Below, in pieces: positions 62,352 to 64,000 of a DNA stretch of 64,000 bases. Every line of letters begins with the position of its first letter. Position 1 is the first letter of the stretch. Below the pieces are notes generated by a model, which was not told where the DNA came from, ran no database searches, and saw only the letters and a list, made by a program, of their open reading frames with translations. The stretch comes from Squalus acanthias (Eukaryota): assembly GCA_030390025.1 (NCBI GenBank), contig CM059432.1, positions 94,056,001-94,120,000 on the forward strand. The letters are read 5' to 3'. The position numbers and the translations under genes are program-made.

Positions 62352-62435
62352 AAAGAAAGACTTGTATTTATATATCACAGGACATCCCAAAGCACTTTAC
62401 AGCCAATTAAGTACTTTTGAAGTGTAGTCACTGTT
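62352..62435 (-). mobile_element. Deu-SINE tail fragment
   Basis: Matches 28740-28825. Confidence 0.7.
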
Positions 62436-63509
62436 CGTAGTGTTGGGAGGTGGTCTAGGTGTCGGAGAACGCAAAGGGATGTTGAAATGTAGGAATATTT
62501 GATATTGGATTACTGAAATGAGGTTCTAGAGTATATAAGTGGTGGGAAAAGATGTTGGGGTGTGGTAGAATAGTGGTCTTTGGGTTTGAGAGAATGGGAA
62601 TAGTGATGTGCTATTAGAGTCTGGTGGGTGGGAACAGTGGGAGGAGAGTTGCTGGTATGTGGTATAGCCACATCTGCAGCTGTGACCAGGACTGGGGTAT
62701 AAGATGTTTTAGGTGCTTCCTGCACTTTAGATCTGGGTAACAATGCTGTAATATTTAAAAGAACTTCAAGCTGGTTCCCCAGTCGTGGTTGCGATCGTGG
62801 TAATAGAAGGTAGGCAATGGGTGGAAAGGTGTAGGCACTTGGAGTTGGTGGTGTGAGACAGGAGGGAGTGAAGGGAAAGGTCTGGAGTGTTATGGTAGGA
62901 GCAGGGGTGAAGGGTTGAGAATGAAGACTTTAACCTCCCAATTCCCTCCTTATCTCAGAAGTTAAAAAAAAATAATGGGCCTCTTGTTCAAAGCTCAAAC
63001 CGTGCTCGCACTATACTATGAAGTTTGCATTAGAGGCTTCCCCAATATATTATAAATAAGATTGGGAGCGATTACAGGCCTGTCATAAAGTATGAAGCAA
63101 GAAAACTGTGGAGACATGGTACAAATAGCTTAATCTGTGTTTTTTCCCCTTTCACCTGCCATTTTTGCTTTCTGGTCAGGAAGTCAATCTGGCTGCCAAT
63201 CCAAGATGTAGTGTTCTTACTGACATCCTCCTTCCATGTTCAAGTAATTGCATTTCAAATTGTGAGACAATTATGACACATATATACTCACACATTTTTC
63301 ATAAGATTAGAGGCTAGTGAGATTAAAGGCTGACCTGATTTACATCTGTAATGTGTGTGCTTGGGGGGGGGGGGGAAATAAAAACCCCAGGTGGAAGAGT
63401 GCCCCCTGCGCCGCCCCCCTCTCCCAACCCTGCAAATAAAATGCAAGGCTGGCACTGTTAATACAGAATTAAGAGTATCTTGTAACCTATGCCTGTACAT
63501 ATTGGCCAT

Positions 63510-64000
63510 GGCACCATGGGTGGCTCAGCTGTACAAGGCGGGAGGGGGAAGGTCTGGCGGAGGTGGGAGCTGCACAAGTCGGACGGGTTGTAGCTCAACA
63601 GGGCTGGGAGCAATGTCCTCGCAGGGAGGTTTGCTAGTGCTTTTGGGGAGGGGGATGGGAACCTGAGCGTAGATTCAGAAGGGAGAGAAGCAAAGCTGGA
63701 AATGGAAAGCAGAAAATTACTAAGTGAATTTGGAAGGCAGAGGAAAGAAAGGCTAGAAAATAGGGGGGGGGGGGGAAAGGGGTTTGACAGTGCTTAATGG
63801 TATACACTTCAATGCAAAGAGTCTAGTGAATAAGGCAGATATGCTGAGGGCACAGATAGACATGTGGAAGTATGATGATATAGCTATTACTGAAACATGG
63901 CTGAAAGAAGGGCAGGAATGGCAGCTCAACATTCCTGGTTACAGGGTTTTCAGACGAGATAAAGAGGGGGATAAAAAAGGCGGGGTGGGGGGGGTGCGTT
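63510..64000 (+). mobile_element. CR1 LINE: end of ORF1 and start of ORF2, running off the window
   Basis: DGL.LNRAGSNVLAGRF, then HFNAKSLVNK...IAITETWLKEGQEWQLNIPGYRVFRRD. Confidence 0.85.

Overview
Eukaryotic, vertebrate DNA, most likely from a cartilaginous fish (shark or ray): it carries an HE1-type SINE, Deu-domain SINEs and abundant HER1/CR1-type LINEs. I see no prokaryotic genes, CRISPR arrays, rRNA or tRNA genes, and no host protein-coding gene I can recognise. Roughly half or more of the window is nested transposable elements: CR1, L2, RTE, Tx1/L1, Penelope-like, Harbinger-like elements and MITEs, and a pogo/Tigger-like MITE carrying a 29-bp minisatellite. It also holds one young, structurally complete Gypsy LTR retrotransposon (39414-43924, minus strand; 215-bp LTRs with one mismatch; ATTAC target-site duplication). 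That element is the most interesting object: it has no tRNA primer-binding site, but the PBS position is a perfect 13-nt complement of its own LTR (candidate self-priming), and it has YLDN and DSC catalytic-motif variants. Other notable items are a 122-bp inverted duplication fused to the 5' end of an HE1 SINE, hammerhead-ribozyme cores in Penelope termini, a candidate bidirectional promoter at about 16.2-16.9 kb and a candidate 33-nt microexon. All calls were made by eye, and the boundaries of decayed repeats are approximate.
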